Below are positions 44,051 through 57,102 of a stretch of DNA of 64,000 nucleotides, piece by piece (position 1 is the first letter of the stretch; the number at the start of each line of letters is the position of its first letter). The notes beneath the pieces are model-generated. The model saw nothing but the letters and a program-made list of their open reading frames with translations, had not been told where the DNA came from and did no database searches. The DNA is from Blastocladiella emersonii ATCC 22665 (Eukaryota > Fungi > Blastocladiomycota), in contig JANHCV010000007.1 of assembly GCA_025594325.1 (NCBI GenBank), forward strand, positions 558,001-622,000, read 5' to 3'. Position numbers and translations under genes: made by a program.

Positions 44051-45474
44051 TTACATAGACTTGTCTTCATCCCCCACTTTGACCTTGACCAGCTCGACCG
44101 CGTCCACGTCCTGGTCGACGTACACGCTGTCCGTGTGCCAGCCCGCCGCGTGCATCGCCGCGACGAGCTCCTGCGTATCCGTGGCCCCGGCCGCCGCCGC
44201 GTACCCGCGCAGCGCGGTCGCCGCATCCGCCCCCGCCGCGATCCACACTCGCGACCCGGAAACGGCGAACCCGCCGTCGGGCGCGACCTCGATCCCCCCG
44301 CTCTCAGCGGCCGCAAGCGGCGGGTTGACGCTGACGCGCGGGACGTATGCGCGGACAAACCCCTCCCTCTCCGCCACCGCCTCGGGACTCGGCACCCCCC
44401 TCCCCGCAGCCCAGTCCGCGACCACGAGATCGATCCGCTGCGCGTTGAGCGTGCGAGTGATGACGGTGCGGTTCGACTGGACCATGGCCCAGAGGTTGAG
44501 GGCGGAGAACGGGAGGAAGGCGGCGAGGAGCGGGCCGAAATCGGTGCCGACGCGCGCGCTCACGACGATCCCGAGCCCGGTCCCCAGCACGCCGGCGGCG
44601 GTTGCTTGGGAGCCGGCTTTGCCCGTCACGTCGCCCAGGTTGTCGTGCACCGCGAAGGTCTGGTTGATCTGGGCCCGTGTCGCGGAGGACGCGAGCCACG
44701 CGATGTTTTTGCCTACGTTGGCCGCGTCAGCAACCCACCCAAACAACAAGCACCATCCTTCGTACCAATGTTGGAAATACTCGCAATCGGGAGAAACAAG
44801 TGCGGGACGAGCGGCGTGATGAGCTCGAGGAACGACGCCGCCTGCATCGCGGCCGCCGCCGTCAGCCGCAGCCGCTTGGGCTCGCTGTCAAACTTCTCCC
44901 CCATGACGCTCGCGTACACGACGCCGCCTAGCTGGCCCAGCCCGTCCTTGATCACCCAGTTGAGCGCCGCGGCCAGCGGGATCGAGCCCGCGCCTAGGCC
45001 GATGGCGTACAGGAGCGATTGCATCGACAGAACTACGAGGCGGCGTCGTTAGCACCTCGCAACGTGCGGAATACACATCGTCTTGCACGCACCGCCCGTC
45101 ACGGTGCCCGCAACCGAGTGCACAAACGACCACTGCGTGTACCTCAGGTACCCGGGCGCGACGGAGGCCGGGTACCCGTGCGGCAGGAACGTCGCGAGCG
45201 CCGCGTGCTGTGCGTTGCGCGCGCGGGCTAGCAGCGGCGGCTTCGTCTCTCCCTCCCCCTCGGTCACCTTGGCGGCGGCTGCCTCGACGACCCGCCCTGT
45301 GTCGCCCAGGCGCACGTGGTGCTCGACGGGCCGGCCGACGGGGACCGGGCCGAGACGTGGGACACGGGTTTGGCGCAGCGACCACCCGGAGGAGGACCAC
45401 CGGCACGAAGGCGAGAGGAGAGCGGGACGGGTTTGAGCAGAAGATGCAGCAAGTCGGGCTACGTGGCGATACAT
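44051..45474 (-). CDS. RUS1: RUS1 / DUF647 (RUSF1) family protein, three exons
   Basis: Motifs FLPHGYPASVAPGYLRY, QSLLYAIG, WVIKDGLGQLGG, FDSEPKRLR, GKNIAWLASSATRAQI and DNLGDVTGKAGSQ. Confidence 0.9.
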
Positions 45475-45652
45475 GGCAGTCGTGTTGGGGGAAAAGAGAG
45501 GGAGGGCGGGTCGGCGGCCCTTGGCCCTGGATGAGCGGCGCGGGGCGGTTCCGCCCTGAAACCCTGACGCCGTGCCGCACTCGAGAACTCGCAGATATGT
45601 GTGTGTATATATTGCACTGATCCTCGCCACGCCGACGAAGCGAGCGAGACGA

Positions 45653-47126
45653 TCAATCCTTGCCCCACAACGCCGCGTCATCGTCCTCGTCGTCGTCCGA
45701 GTACACGCCGCCCCTCGGCGCGCCATCCTCGTCCCCGCCATACCGCGCTCCTGGCGCCACCGCGAGGTCGGCCTCCTCAAGCTCCTCCTCATTGAGCTCC
45801 TCGTCTTCGGCGACATACCGCGGCGCGAGCGCCGCCGCCTCCTCGCCCGCGGCGTACGCGTTCGCAGCATCGGTCGGAAGCCCGAGCGCCTGCAGCTTCG
45901 CCGCACGGGCGTACACCTCGGCGCGCGGGATCGGGTCGCGGGATACGCGCAGCGGGCCCTGGGGCGCGCTGAGCGACATGCCCGCGGCGGCGAGCGTGAG
46001 CTGCGACATGGAGTCGCGGTCGTTGCGGCGCAGCTCGGCGCGCTCGCCGGGCGTCATCTGGCGCGTGCGCAGGAGCGTCAGGCGGCTGCGGATCGGGACG
46101 AACTGCGCGGTCGGCGCGCCGCCCGTCTCGCTGGTGCCGGGGACGATGGACAGGGCGATGCGGGTTGGAGCCGTTGCGGTGCCCGCGGACGTGGCCGCGT
46201 CGGGCTTGATGGCGAACCCGTACGTGCGCACGTGCTTGAGCTCGCCGGCCTCCCGCGAAGCTGAGGCGGAAAAATGCGCAAACTGCGACGCGCCCTGCTC
46301 GAGCGGGTCGCCGACCGTCTTCATGAGGTCGCCGGGCGCGAGTCGGTCGTCGCCCGACAGCTGCGCGTACGTGTTGGGCCACAGGCGGAGGTTCGGGAGG
46401 ATCGGGTACACGTTGGCGGCGGTAACCCCCGGCTTGCGCGGGTGGCGCAGACCGGCCGCGACGCGCGTCGCCGTCGCCTCGAAGGTGCTCGTGATCACGT
46501 CCGCCTGGTTCTCGCGCGACTTGTCCGTGAGGGCGCGCACGCGCGGCGTCCACTCAGCCGCGCCGCCGTTCGCGGACCCCGGACGGCCGCCGGCGCCGGT
46601 CCCCAAAATCCGGCCGCTCGCGAGGTCTGCGAGGGACGGCGCGCGGCCCACGCGAGCCGCGGCGGAGACCGAGGCTTCGCCCGAGAACACGTCGTCCGGG
46701 TTGATCAGCAGCGCCTCGTCGCGCTCGTCGACGGTCGGGTGCGACGTGCGCGCGGGCGGGAGGCCGTCGACTACACGAGTAATAAATCAGCCCACGTTCG
46801 CAGGCACCTTAGCGGGAAACCGTACAGTGGTCGGCATCAAACACGCCGAGCTTGAGCAGGTCGAGCGACATGTCGGGCAGCGCGAGCGAGTACTGGGCGT
46901 ACTTTTCGAGCGACGACAGCCGGTTCGCCACCAGCAGGTCCTCGGGGAACGGGTACGCCAGCGATTTCGGGTCGAACGGCTGCGGCGGAATGTAGTTCTT
47001 GTACTTGATGCGCGCCAGGAACTCGGCGCCCGCCAGCTTGCGCCGCGGCTTCGCCGGTGGCGCGCCGGCGGCAGCGGCGGCGGACGCCGCAGAGGGAGGC
47101 GTCGGCGCACTCGCGGTCGATGACAT
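45653..47126 (-). CDS. PAF1: RNA polymerase II-associated factor Paf1
   Basis: Motifs FLARIKYKNYIPPQPFDPK, DERDEALL, SRENQADVITSTFE and HPRKPGVTAANVYPILPN. Intron 46825-46771 joins the exons in frame. Confidence 0.85.
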
Positions 47127-47348
47127 GGTTGGTTGCAGCGAGTCGTGGATCGTGGGCAGAGGAAGGGGATGGGGTGAGAGCGCGTCGACGACGGCACGCG
47201 CGGCGAGGGAAGGCGAAAAGCGGCGTCAGCTGGGGCAGCGTGACCGATCGCTCGTGGAGACATTTTTTCGCGGCCGCGCAGCGAGACACTTTGCGGCCGC
47301 GCGTCAACAACCGCTCCTGCTCCCTAGCAACGCAACACAGTGACCACA

Positions 47349-49375
47349 ATGTATCTCTGCAGCGCCCTGCGATCCGCTGCCGTGCGGCGAGCGGCCACCA
47401 CCGCGGCCACGTCGTCGGCGTTCCCGCCGCGGCTCATCCTCGCTGCTCGGAGGCCCTACTCGACCGCCGACATCCCCACCATCGACCTGAACGCGACGTC
47501 GGCGCCGTCGGGCCAGGGATTCGCCTCGTTCCCGAGCCACTACCTGCAGAACACGACCGTGCTCGACACCCGCGACCTCAACCGCGTCGACGACGCCGAG
47601 CTCGCCGAGTCGACCACGGCGACGGTCATGCAGCTCAACGACTGGGCCACGCGGAGACGCGCCGCTGCGTTGTCGGTGGAAGTGCCACAAGCAGACGGAT
47701 CAGCGCTGGCGGCAGCAGAAAAGGATGCTGAGCTCGGCCCGCTGCTGTACTCGCTGCACCACACCATGCTCGCCAACGTACGCTCTCTTCTCACCTCAAC
47801 ACACGCAACATGCGATTAACCGGATCCCAACGCTAGGCGCGCTGCGGACGCTACGAGATCGTCGAGAAGCTGTTCGAGCTCGCCGCCGCGGCCGAGCTAC
47901 CGCTCGAGACGCCGCTGCACAACGACCGCCTGCTCGCCCTGTGCCGGAGCCGCGTCCCCGAAAACCTCGACCGCGCGCTGTCGTACTACCACGACCTGAA
48001 GCGTTCGGGCACCGCCAACGAGCACACGCTCGCCGTCATGGTCGACGGGCTCGCGAAACACGGCCGCGTGCGCCGCGGCCTCGAGCTGCTCGAGGAGTGG
48101 GAAGCCGACGCGCGGTCGAGTAACGGCAAGCTGACGGTCCCGCAGCCCGCCTTCACGTCGCTGATCGCCGCCTTCCTACGCCAGCGCGACCCAGACGCGG
48201 CGTGGAAGCTGTTCCACCGGATGCAGCTGCACCACACTTTGCCCGACGAGGTGACGTACTCGGCCATGATCCGCGCGTGCGCCGTGACGGGCGAGGTCGA
48301 GAAGGCCCTGAGCCTGTTCGACACGCTGCGCGCGAGCCACCTCGTCCCGACCACCACCACCATCAACTCCCTGCTGCACGCCATGAGCAAGCGCCGCGAC
48401 TACGCGCCGCAGGCGCTCGACTTGTACGCGCAGAGCCGCGCCGCGGGGTTCGGGCCCGACGACCGGTCGATGGCGTACCTCATGGCGTGCGCGCGGCGCG
48501 CCCAGGACTGGTCGACCGTCGGCGCGGCGATCTGGGCCGAGGCACAGCAGCGCGGGCTCGTCACTGACGCCGTCGTCGCCCAGGCCCTGTGGACCGTCAG
48601 CGTCGAGCAGGTGCGCCGCGGAACCGCGATGCCCGAGGCCGTGGCCACGATCCTCGACGGCGTCGATATTGCGTCCCGCGCCGCGGAGTCAGCGGACCTC
48701 GCGAACGCCTTCCTCGCCACGCAGTTCCCGTTCGCCGGCGACCGCGGGCTCAAGTGGTTCTTCGACTTTATGCCCGCCAAGAACGGCATGTCGTTCCGCC
48801 TCGCGCTCTCGTACTGCATGGACGACCCGGTCGCGCCCGCCGCCGCCGGCGAGTCCGAGGAATCCCTCGACGTGGTGTCGTCGCAGACCAACCCGATCCT
48901 GTACCACCCGGACTCCATCGCGCGGCGCGCGCGCGGCGTCGAGGTGTGGGCGGCGTGGGAGGCGTGGTACGCGGACCTCCAACGTTCGTGTGAGGCGCAC
49001 GTCGCGGCCGTCACCGCGGCCGACGCTGGCGGGAAGCAGGCGGCGTCCGCGGCCGAGCACGCGTACCTCGCGCAGCACACCATGACGCGGCCCGTCCTGT
49101 ACAAGCTCGTCTGCGTCGCGGTCAACGGGATCGCCGTCGACTACCCGCGCAAGGCGCTCGCGCTGCTGCTCAAGTACTGCAAGGACCACGGCGTGCGCAT
49201 CGACCCGAAAGATTTCGGCAAGCTCGACTGGCACGTCCGCCACATGGCGGCGCAGGAGGACCCGATGGCGGTGCCCCGCTGGGACGCGATGCTCGAGGCG
49301 TACGGCGTCAAGAAGTCGGGGTTGGAGAAGTCGCTCGCCAAGCTCCGGAATAAGTGGAGCCGCGTGCGCAAGTAG
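47349..49375 (+). CDS. Mitochondrial pentatricopeptide-repeat (PPR) protein
   Basis: Transit-like N-terminus and intron 47778-47836. PPR-like repeats FTSLIAAF, PDEVTYSAMIRAC and PTTTTINSLLHAM. Confidence 0.85.
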
Positions 49376-49442
49376 GATGGGGGAGCTATACATGTAACTC
49401 GGTTTTGCGCTCGCACAGCGGGGCGACTAGATGCAACGGAGC

Positions 49443-50510
49443 ATGGATACGCGGACGGTCAAGATCGGTGGGTTGGACGACGCCGTCACGGTGAGGATGA
49501 ACGAGATGTTGACGAGCGCGTGAGGAGGGTAGGCTTCTGCCAGACGGCGCCGCGCCACCGCGACGTCGCGCACAACATGGCCTTTGTCGACGAGTGGCTC
49601 GACGGGTACGCCCGCCCGCTGCCCCTCCCCGCCCTCCTCTTACACTGATCCCCGTCATAGCGTCGAGCCAGGCACCCTCGACATCCTGGTCCTCCCCGAA
49701 CTCGCCTTCACGGGGTACACGTTCACCTCCCCCTCTGACATCGAGCCGTACCTCGAGCCCGCGACGTCCGACGGCGCGACCGTCGCGTGGTGCACGCGGA
49801 CCGCGCGCCGGCTGCACTGCTGGGTGATGGCCGGGTTCCCGTCGGTCGATCCCGCGACGGGCAAGCGGTACAACTCGATGTGCGTGGCGGACCGCGCGGA
49901 GAACGTCGCGGCCGTCTACCACAAGTTCCACCTGTTTGAGACGGACGAGGCGTGGGCGAGCGAGGGACCCTCGTTCCGCGTGCTCAAGGGGACCGAGTTT
50001 GGGACGCTTGGGTTCGGTACGTAGCGCGCGCGGAGGGATGGGAGAGGTTGCTGACGCGGGAGTGGTGTAGGTATCTGCATGGACCTCAACCCAAAGCAGT
50101 TCCAGACATCATACTACCTGTGCGAGTTCGCCAACTACCACAAGACCAAGGGCACGGATCTCGTCGTGTGCTCCATGGCGTGGCTGCGCAGCAAGAGCGA
50201 CGACGACACGGACCGCGAACCAAGCATGTCCGCCGACGAGTCGGCGCGCCTCGTCGCGTACTGGATCGACCGGCTGCGCCCGCTCGACAAGTCCGGGTGC
50301 GCCGTCGCCGTGTGCAACCGACTCGGCCGCGAGGGCGCGGACACCGAGTTTGCCGGGTCCAGCGCCGTGATCCAGTTCCACGCCGACGGGATCGAGGCGG
50401 GCCACTGCGGCGGCGAGGAGGGGCTGTACGTCATGGAGATCCCGATGCCCAAGCGCGTGGATCTGGATGAAGCGGGGGTCACCGAAGAAGAAGAGGAGGA
50501 GGAAAACTAG
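49443..50510 (+). CDS. NTA1: Protein N-terminal amidase (carbon-nitrogen hydrolase family), multi-exon
   Basis: The Glu-Lys-Cys triad motifs LPELAFTGY, YHKFHLFETD and GICMDLNP, and SMAWL. Three canonical introns. Confidence 0.85.
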
Positions 50511-50552
50511 GATATACACGAAAACGAGTTGTACTGCTGAATCTCTATCTAT

Positions 50553-51610
50553 CTACATGCCCCCGAGCTCGGCGAGCAGCTTGGCGTGCAGCTCCTCGCC
50601 GTCGTCCCACAGGACCGCGGGGCACGGCAGCAGGCGCTGCGCCATGTACCGGCCCTCCTTCCCCTCTTTCACCTCATCCGCGGAACTCGCCGCGAGCGTC
50701 GCGTGCAGCCTGCGGCCCGCGCGTACAAACGCGCAGTGGACCATCCCGCTGGCCATCGGGCAAAAGTCATTGGTGCCGTCGCCGCAGTAGAAGACGCGGT
50801 CGACGGGCGGCGACGCGCGCGCCGTGTACCGGGCGAGCATCACCGACTTGCACAGATTCGACGGGCACGCCCGCAGACACGCGTGCGGGTCGTGCGGGCC
50901 CTGCAGCGGGTCCACGACCAGAATGTCCCGGTGCGACGCCGTCTTGGCGAAGGTCGCCGGGTTCGTCAGGATCGCCGCGATGCAGTGGCGCAGGTCGTAG
51001 GCTTCGAGGATCGTCTATGCGGCGAGAGGTTAGGCGGTGGTGCTGAGGGAGGGGACGGGCGGGTGGGAGACGCGTACCTCGATGAAGAACGTGTTGGCGT
51101 CGCTCAGGATCACGACCTCGCACCCCTGCTCGTACAGCGTGCGGATCAGCTGCACCGTCTTGGCGTGCATGGGCGCGGCGCGCAGCGCGGACCGCAGCGC
51201 CTCGAGGTCGTTGATGTCGTGCTGCTCGAACAGGTTCGCCAGCTCTGCTTGCGCCGTTAGCGCGCGCATGTCTCGCGCGGTGTCCCCCAAAGAACCGTAC
51301 CCTGCGCCACGAGCTCGCACCACACGCCGCCCTGCGCGTAGGCCGCGGCCAGCCGCTGCACGGCGCCCGGCCCGCCGAAATGGTGCAGGCACAGCTCGTC
51401 GCTGTCGCAGTCGATCAGCGTCCAGTCAAAGTCGCACACGACGAGCGTGCGGCCCGTCGGCGACGGCGGCAGCGCGATCGGGGCCGACACGGCGGCGCCG
51501 CTGATGCCGCTCAGCGCGGCCTGCGGCAGCGGGGACAGCGGGCCGTCGGTGTTGGTGGCCGGCTCGCCCGGGTGCAGCGGCGGGGTCATCATGGTCGAAG
51601 ATGGATTCAT
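50553..51610 (-). CDS. PHOSPHO1/2-like HAD phosphatase (pyridoxal-phosphate / phosphoethanolamine type), multi-exon
   Basis: Motifs DFDWTLIDCDSD, ILSDANTFFIE, CPSNLCK and YCGDGTNDFCP. Confidence 0.88.
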
Positions 51611-51894
51611 GGTTTCAGGTCTCGTTGGTTGGTTGGAGAGAAGGGACCAGATGCGGGCGCGGTTTGCTCTTTGACATGCGTCTCCCTCCTGCCTGGATCA
51701 ATCGAATCGAGCGGGCCGAGGAGAACAAGGCGTGCGAGCGAGGTGCGGGAAACACGTTCTCTTTGCCCGAAGCGACGCGTTGTTCACGGCCGCCGCGCCG
51801 CGTTCGTTGCCTCCACTTTTCCTCTCCCGCCGCCGCCGCCGCCGCCGCCGCGCTGAACGTGCACATCCCGCCGCGTTCCCATGCGTATATTATA

Positions 51895-52256
51895 TTACTC
51901 CGCCTTCGCCCGCTCCACCTCACCCTGCAGCACAGCGAGCTGCTCGCCCACCGCCCTCGCCTCGGCCGCGATCTGCCGCGCCGCCGCCGCGCTCGCCTCG
52001 TGCGCCGTCTGCGCGGATGTCAGGCTGGCGACGATTGCCGCGAGCTGGTCCGTCGTGACTACGCGGGCACAGTGTGAGTGATGGGTGTGGGGGTGTGGGG
52101 ATGGAAGGAGGGCGTACGCTCGGCCTCCATGCTCGCGCTCGGGAACGCGGCGGCGTCGCCCGCCGGTGGTGCAGGGGGCGCCGCCGCCGTCCGCGCCGTC
52201 TCGGTGACGGCCTCGAGGTCTTTCAGGAACTGGGAGAGTGTGAAGGGGGCTGCCAT
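51895..52256 (-). CDS. Small two-exon coiled-coil protein (~100 aa)
   Basis: MAAPFTLSQFLKDLEAV... A GTACGC...TAG intron joins it in frame to ...TTDQLAAIVASL...LAVLQGEVERAKAE*. High G/C at third codon positions. Confidence 0.6.
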
Positions 52257-52581
52257 GGTTGCGATGAGTCGCGTCGCGAAAGGAGGGAGGTGGGGCGGCG
52301 ATGGACGACGCCGCGACCTCGGCGTCGGCGTGTACGGCGCGCTCTCCCGACCTTCGTCGCTTTCCCCGATGAAAGGGTCGCGGACTAGGTGAAACATGGA
52401 GCTGATGAATGAATACAGACTTCTTGGTTTACAACATCACAGCGAGGAGGTATCGGGGAACATGCGGGAATCAGAGATCAGAGAGTGGGGTATCTCTTGC
52501 CCATGAGATCCGAACAGTTCTACCTGCTCGACGAGGTTCGCTGGCTACAGTTCGGTGCCCCTAGCAAGCCCAGTCTCCCGC

Positions 52582-53200
52582 ATGTCTAGCAGTCCCGGTC
52601 CGTCATCTTCTGCAGACCGTGCCGCGTCGCCCTCGACGCCCCAAGTTCGGATCACGCCCAAGCGCTCGCGCGCATCCTCTACGACGCAGCCTGCTGCTTC
52701 CTCGGATCCCGTCACGACCGCGCCCAAGGTGCGCCTCGTCGCCGTCAAGGAGCCGATCACCACCCAGGAGCTGCTAGAGGCCGCCCTCGCTCAAGGGCTG
52801 CTGACGACGCCATCACCCGCGCGTACGCAGATCTCATGCTGCGGGCCCAGTCGTGGGACCCAGTTCCGGTCGAGCGCCGTGCCGCTGTCCCCGCCCTGCT
52901 CTGCAAGGACCCCCGCGCGTCGTATCCTCCTCCTCCCACGCCAGCGCCCTCCTCCCCGCCGGCTGCCGCCACGTACGTGCTCCCCGACGAGACCGGCTAC
53001 GACTCGGACGCCAGTATGGCTTCGACGACCAGCCACTCGTCCATGGACGTGTACCCGAACGCGAATGTCGCCCCCGCCTTCGGGTTGGAGGGGGGCTGGC
53101 TACATCGGGTGGGCGACGACGGCGTCAGCTCTCGAGTCGGGCTGCAGCGCCAACGGGACGGTGATGCATGCCAGCAGTACTACGACTCGTTGCGTTTATC
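52582..53200 (+). CDS. Possible Ser/Pro-rich orphan gene (end point uncertain)
   Basis: ATG at 52582. Coding-like codon bias in ORFs 52555 and 52836 fades after about 53150. Confidence 0.3.
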
Positions 53201-54480
53201 GTATATTCCTTGTCTGCTGTCGCTCGAGGAGAGGGAGAAGGGACGAAGAACGGTGGCGGCGAGCGAGGCAGGCCGTCCTTCGCTCGCTCAGAGAAACGAA
53301 GCGCGCCACTCGCCGGCGAAGAACGGACGCCCAACTCGGCGCCTCTTCTCACGTTGTCCTCCCCGCGATGATGACGGCCGAGGCTGGAGCAGCCGCTTCA
53401 CACCGGCATCAAAGCGCGAGCCGGGTCGCTTACTTTCGCTCGCTCTCCCACGCCCGCCATGGATCGAGGATGAACACGCGCACCGAGTAAACGAGACTTG
53501 CTGCATTCGGCGCGGGGACCTTGCCGGCGACGATGGTCGAGGGTGGGCAAGAGCGGCCGGCATCGGGGCCGGTCAACATCGCTGTTGGGTGGCGTCGTCG
53601 CCATGGGCGACCGCACGTCGTTTGCAGCGGGAAGTGACCACCGAGTTGAGTTTCCTGACCTGGCATGATGCAACTAGGAGAGTGCCGAGGCGGCTGCCCC
53701 GAGCGACTCGCCCACGGTGGTCTACGCCGGTGGCCCTGCCGCCCTCTGGACGTTGGTGGCCGCGTCGTGAGTAACGAAGCCAGCTGGGCTCCTCGGACTG
53801 CACCGCAGCAGCGGCGAGCTCTTGCGCCTCCGCTCGGTTAGTGCTGGCGTTAGCATTGCCGACACCTTCGAGCCATCTAAATCCGTGTGCGACGTAATCC
53901 GTGTTCCGACGGGGTTTGTGCGCGACCGGACCGGTCTTGTCCTGGCCATCGTCGAGCTGGAAGCTTGGAGCCTAATACATCCCGCTCGACGTGCGGGATC
54001 ATCTCGACCAGTGCTGATCTGGCACAATGTTGATGTCTGACTCTGTTGAAAGGCTTTTGGTGTGGTAGATTCACAAGGTGCGCGATGGCCTCCCCACACG
54101 CCCGTGGGCACCAGCGTACCTCCGCAGCTCATGTCACCGCGCCTTGCTGCGGACCACTCCAGTCGAAGAAGAAGTGGTTTGCCTTCGTTTGAACGGCGAG
54201 AGCTCACAACCGGTTGCTTTCCCCCGTGAACCAAAGCGGTTGGAAGCTTGCCTGATCGACGGACTGATCAGGTCAGAGAACAAGCGCGCTGCGCCACATC
54301 ACGCCGTGGCGCATCGCGTCGCTCGACCCATTTCGGCGAGCCTTTTCCAAGCAAACTCGCCTGGACTCGAAGGCAGCGTCGCTTTGCCGAGCGATCGCGT
54401 GTCCAAACTCGGCCGCTCGCGTCCCTGAACTCGGCCACCGCCGCCAAGCACAGAACAGCACCACGGGCCGCTTGCCGACA

Positions 54481-54526
54481 CGGGTCGCTCCGCACCCCGG
54501 GTCGCTCCGCACCCCGGGTCGCTCCG
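54481..54526. repeat. 17-bp tandem repeat, 2.7 copies (CGGGTCGCTCCGCACCC)
   Basis: Direct reading of the sequence. Confidence 0.85.
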
Positions 54527-54909
54527 TGATGAAGGCTACCTTGCTAACGAGTGTCGCAGTAGCATGACATGACTGGGCAAAAGGGCATCACATGGCCATC
54601 AACCCAGTCGCAGAGCGCGCGAACCAGGCACGGACAGCAAATCCAGGAATGGCTCTGACGTGATTCTGGACGAAGCACAGTCATCTTCAACGTCACGTCC
54701 ACTTTTGAGCTATCCGGCGGATGCTGACTTGCTGTAGCAGCGCGAGGTTTCTAAGAATGGGGGCTTAGCTGTACACGGCGTAGTGGCGTTCCGTCAGCAT
54801 CTCGCGCCATCCGCTTATGCGCGGACAATCCACGGGCTCGGGACGCTGAAGCGCGACTCGTACAAAACGTTGTCACTGCCCTCCCCTCTTGAAGAACAAA
54901 CGAACACCC

Positions 54910-55734
54910 ATGTTCACTCGGCTCTTCATCAGCCAACGCACCAGCACCACTCTTCTCCGCACCATCATGTCGGCCACCACGACCACGACAGCTCCCATCG
55001 TCGTTGACGTCGTGTCTGACGGCATCTGCCCCTTCTGCTACATCGGCAAGCGCAAGCTCGACATGGCCGTGGCGCAGTACAACGCGTCCCGCCCGAACGA
55101 GCCCGCGTTCGTCGTCGAGACGCGGTGGCACCCATTCGACCTGAACCCGCTGCTGACGGCCGAGGCCATCCCCAAGGCCCAGATGTACGAGGACCTCTTC
55201 GGGCCCAGCTACCGCCTCAAGTGGGCGCGCACGGACGCCGTCGCCGCTAGCGTCGGGATCACGATCAAGAACGACGGGCTCGTGGGCAGCACGTTCGACT
55301 ACCACCGGCTCATGACGCACGTCCTCGACACGCGCGGCGCCGACGTGCAGAACAAGCTTGCCGAGGCGCTGTTCGTCGAGTTTTTTGAGAACGGCCGTCC
55401 GCTGTCGGACCACGCCGTGCTCGCCGACGGGGCCGAGCAGGCCGGGCTCGACCGCGCTCAAGTTCTCGAGTTTCTGGCCTCGGGCGAGCTCGCTTACGAG
55501 ACCCGCATCACTCTTGACGAATCATGCCGCAGCGGGATCAGCGGCGTGCCCGACTTTTCGATTGCCGGCGGCAAGTTCCGCATCCATGGCGCCGAGGGCC
55601 CCGCGGCATGGATCCGGGTGTTCGAGCAGATCCGCGCCGAACGGCTCGCGTCGGAGCCCAAGACAGCAGGCAAGGAGGCGGCGGACGCTGTCGAGGCGGG
55701 GATCGCTTGTTCGCTCGAGGACGGGACGTGCTAG
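54910..55734 (+). CDS. DsbA/FrnE-like thioredoxin-fold oxidoreductase, probably organelle-targeted
   Basis: VDVVSDGICPFCYIGKRKL (CPFC), WHPFDLNP and GISGVPDF. The N-terminus MFTRLFISQR... is transit-like. Confidence 0.9.
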   Translation: MFTRLFISQRTSTTLLRTIMSATTTTTAPIVVDVVSDGICPFCYIGKRKLDMAVAQYNASRPNEPAFVVETRWHPFDLNPLLTAEAIPKAQMYEDLFGPSYRLKWARTDAVAASVGITIKNDGLVGSTFDYHRLMTHVLDTRGADVQNKLAEALFVEFFENGRPLSDHAVLADGAEQAGLDRAQVLEFLASGELAYETRITLDESCRSGISGVPDFSIAGGKFRIHGAEGPAAWIRVFEQIRAERLASEPKTAGKEAADAVEAGIACSLEDGTC

Positions 55735-57102
55735 ATTGGTCGGCAGAGTATTTGATACATTTTTCGACGGCACAACCTTGAATGCGGGGAAGCTGTCCTG
55801 GTCGCAGTGCGGACGCGGAGTGGGAGACGCGCACGCGTTGCGACCAGCCGACATGAACAACGCGTCATTTGTCGCGTCGCAAAAACGCGTCGCCCAATTC
55901 CGTTGCAACCCGTCTCACACTACGCGACTACGCGAATTCCCATGGCCATCGGCGGAAGATCCCGTCGCCCGTGGTGCGGTGTCCCTGAAGGGGACTCCCG
56001 TTTGACGGCGACCGTCGCGACGCGCGCGAGCGTGGCCATCGACCAGGACACAGCGGCCCGTGCTGGCTGTGACAGATCGCCTCGTGGGTGAGCGCCAGAC
56101 CTCTTTGCTCTCCTTCAACTGGCACAGATCAGAAGCAATACCTCATGCACTTGCGCCATGGATGCTGTGACCGCGTAAGAAGGATCTCCGAGACGTTCAT
56201 CGCCTGAACGCTTAGCTGCCAGCGAGAAGACGGCGTGAGAGAGCGCGTCGCGACCATGGTCAAACTGATCAGCAGCGAGGACTCATCACGACCAAGTCGT
56301 GTGCAGTGCCTGTTGCGGAACAACCGACAGCTTGCGTGCAAGTGAGTTGAGCAGCGTGTTGCTCGTGGCCGCGTCATTCGGCGTCCGACCGCGGCCAAGA
56401 CGTCGAGTACTACTTGACCTGGCTGTGTTGGATCTCGACGATGGCCTTGACCAGCTCCAATCACAAATCGTCCAGCCTGTTGCTCGAGCTCGTGGTGGCC
56501 ACGGTTGGTCGCGACACGCACGCGTACGATGACGCACCGCGAGGATCTGCGTGGTGGGGCAGCCGAGCCTCCCATGGCGCGTGGCCTCGCGCGTCGCGTG
56601 TCGCCCACCTTGCCCGTGTAACTTGCTCGGGTTGACAGAATTGTCACGCGATGCGATGGAACGGACTGGATCGCGAGGTATCAGGAGGGAGACAGATGGT
56701 TCGCCCGGCCGACGGATCCAGTTGGACCGCCTGCGCTGCTGCTGGCCGGCACACTGAAAACAGCTCCCCTCCCCTCTCCTTGACTTGCTCTCTCACCCAA
56801 CCTGTCCGCCCGCGCAGTTCGACTCGGCCATTCGCAGCTGATCAATCGCATACCACACTCGTCCGTCCTCGCCATCGTTCCTCGACCAACCAACAGCGAC
56901 CACCGGCACCCGCAGCAGCAGGAACTCGTGCATTACCTCGGACACGACCCGCCCGGACCCGATCTATCATCCGCCTGCAGCAGCTGATCCACCAACACCC
57001 GAGCACCTCGACTCGCCGCTGACTGCGCGCACGCCCTCCCCGCCGTTCTCCACATCGCCCTCACGCGGCTCATCCAACACCGGCATCCACGGATCCGCCA
57101 CC

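Noticed and set aside
54760-54830. GGGGCTTAGCT resembling a tRNA 5' end
   Set aside because: No D-loop/T-loop consensus (GTTCRA) or cloverleaf pairing follows it.
53200-54880. Possible retroelement or decayed gene
   Set aside because: No LTR pair, poly-A tail, RT/integrase motif or coherent frame was found by eye.
55740-57100. Several ORFs of 65-215 aa
   Set aside because: No codon bias or motifs. Treated as intergenic.
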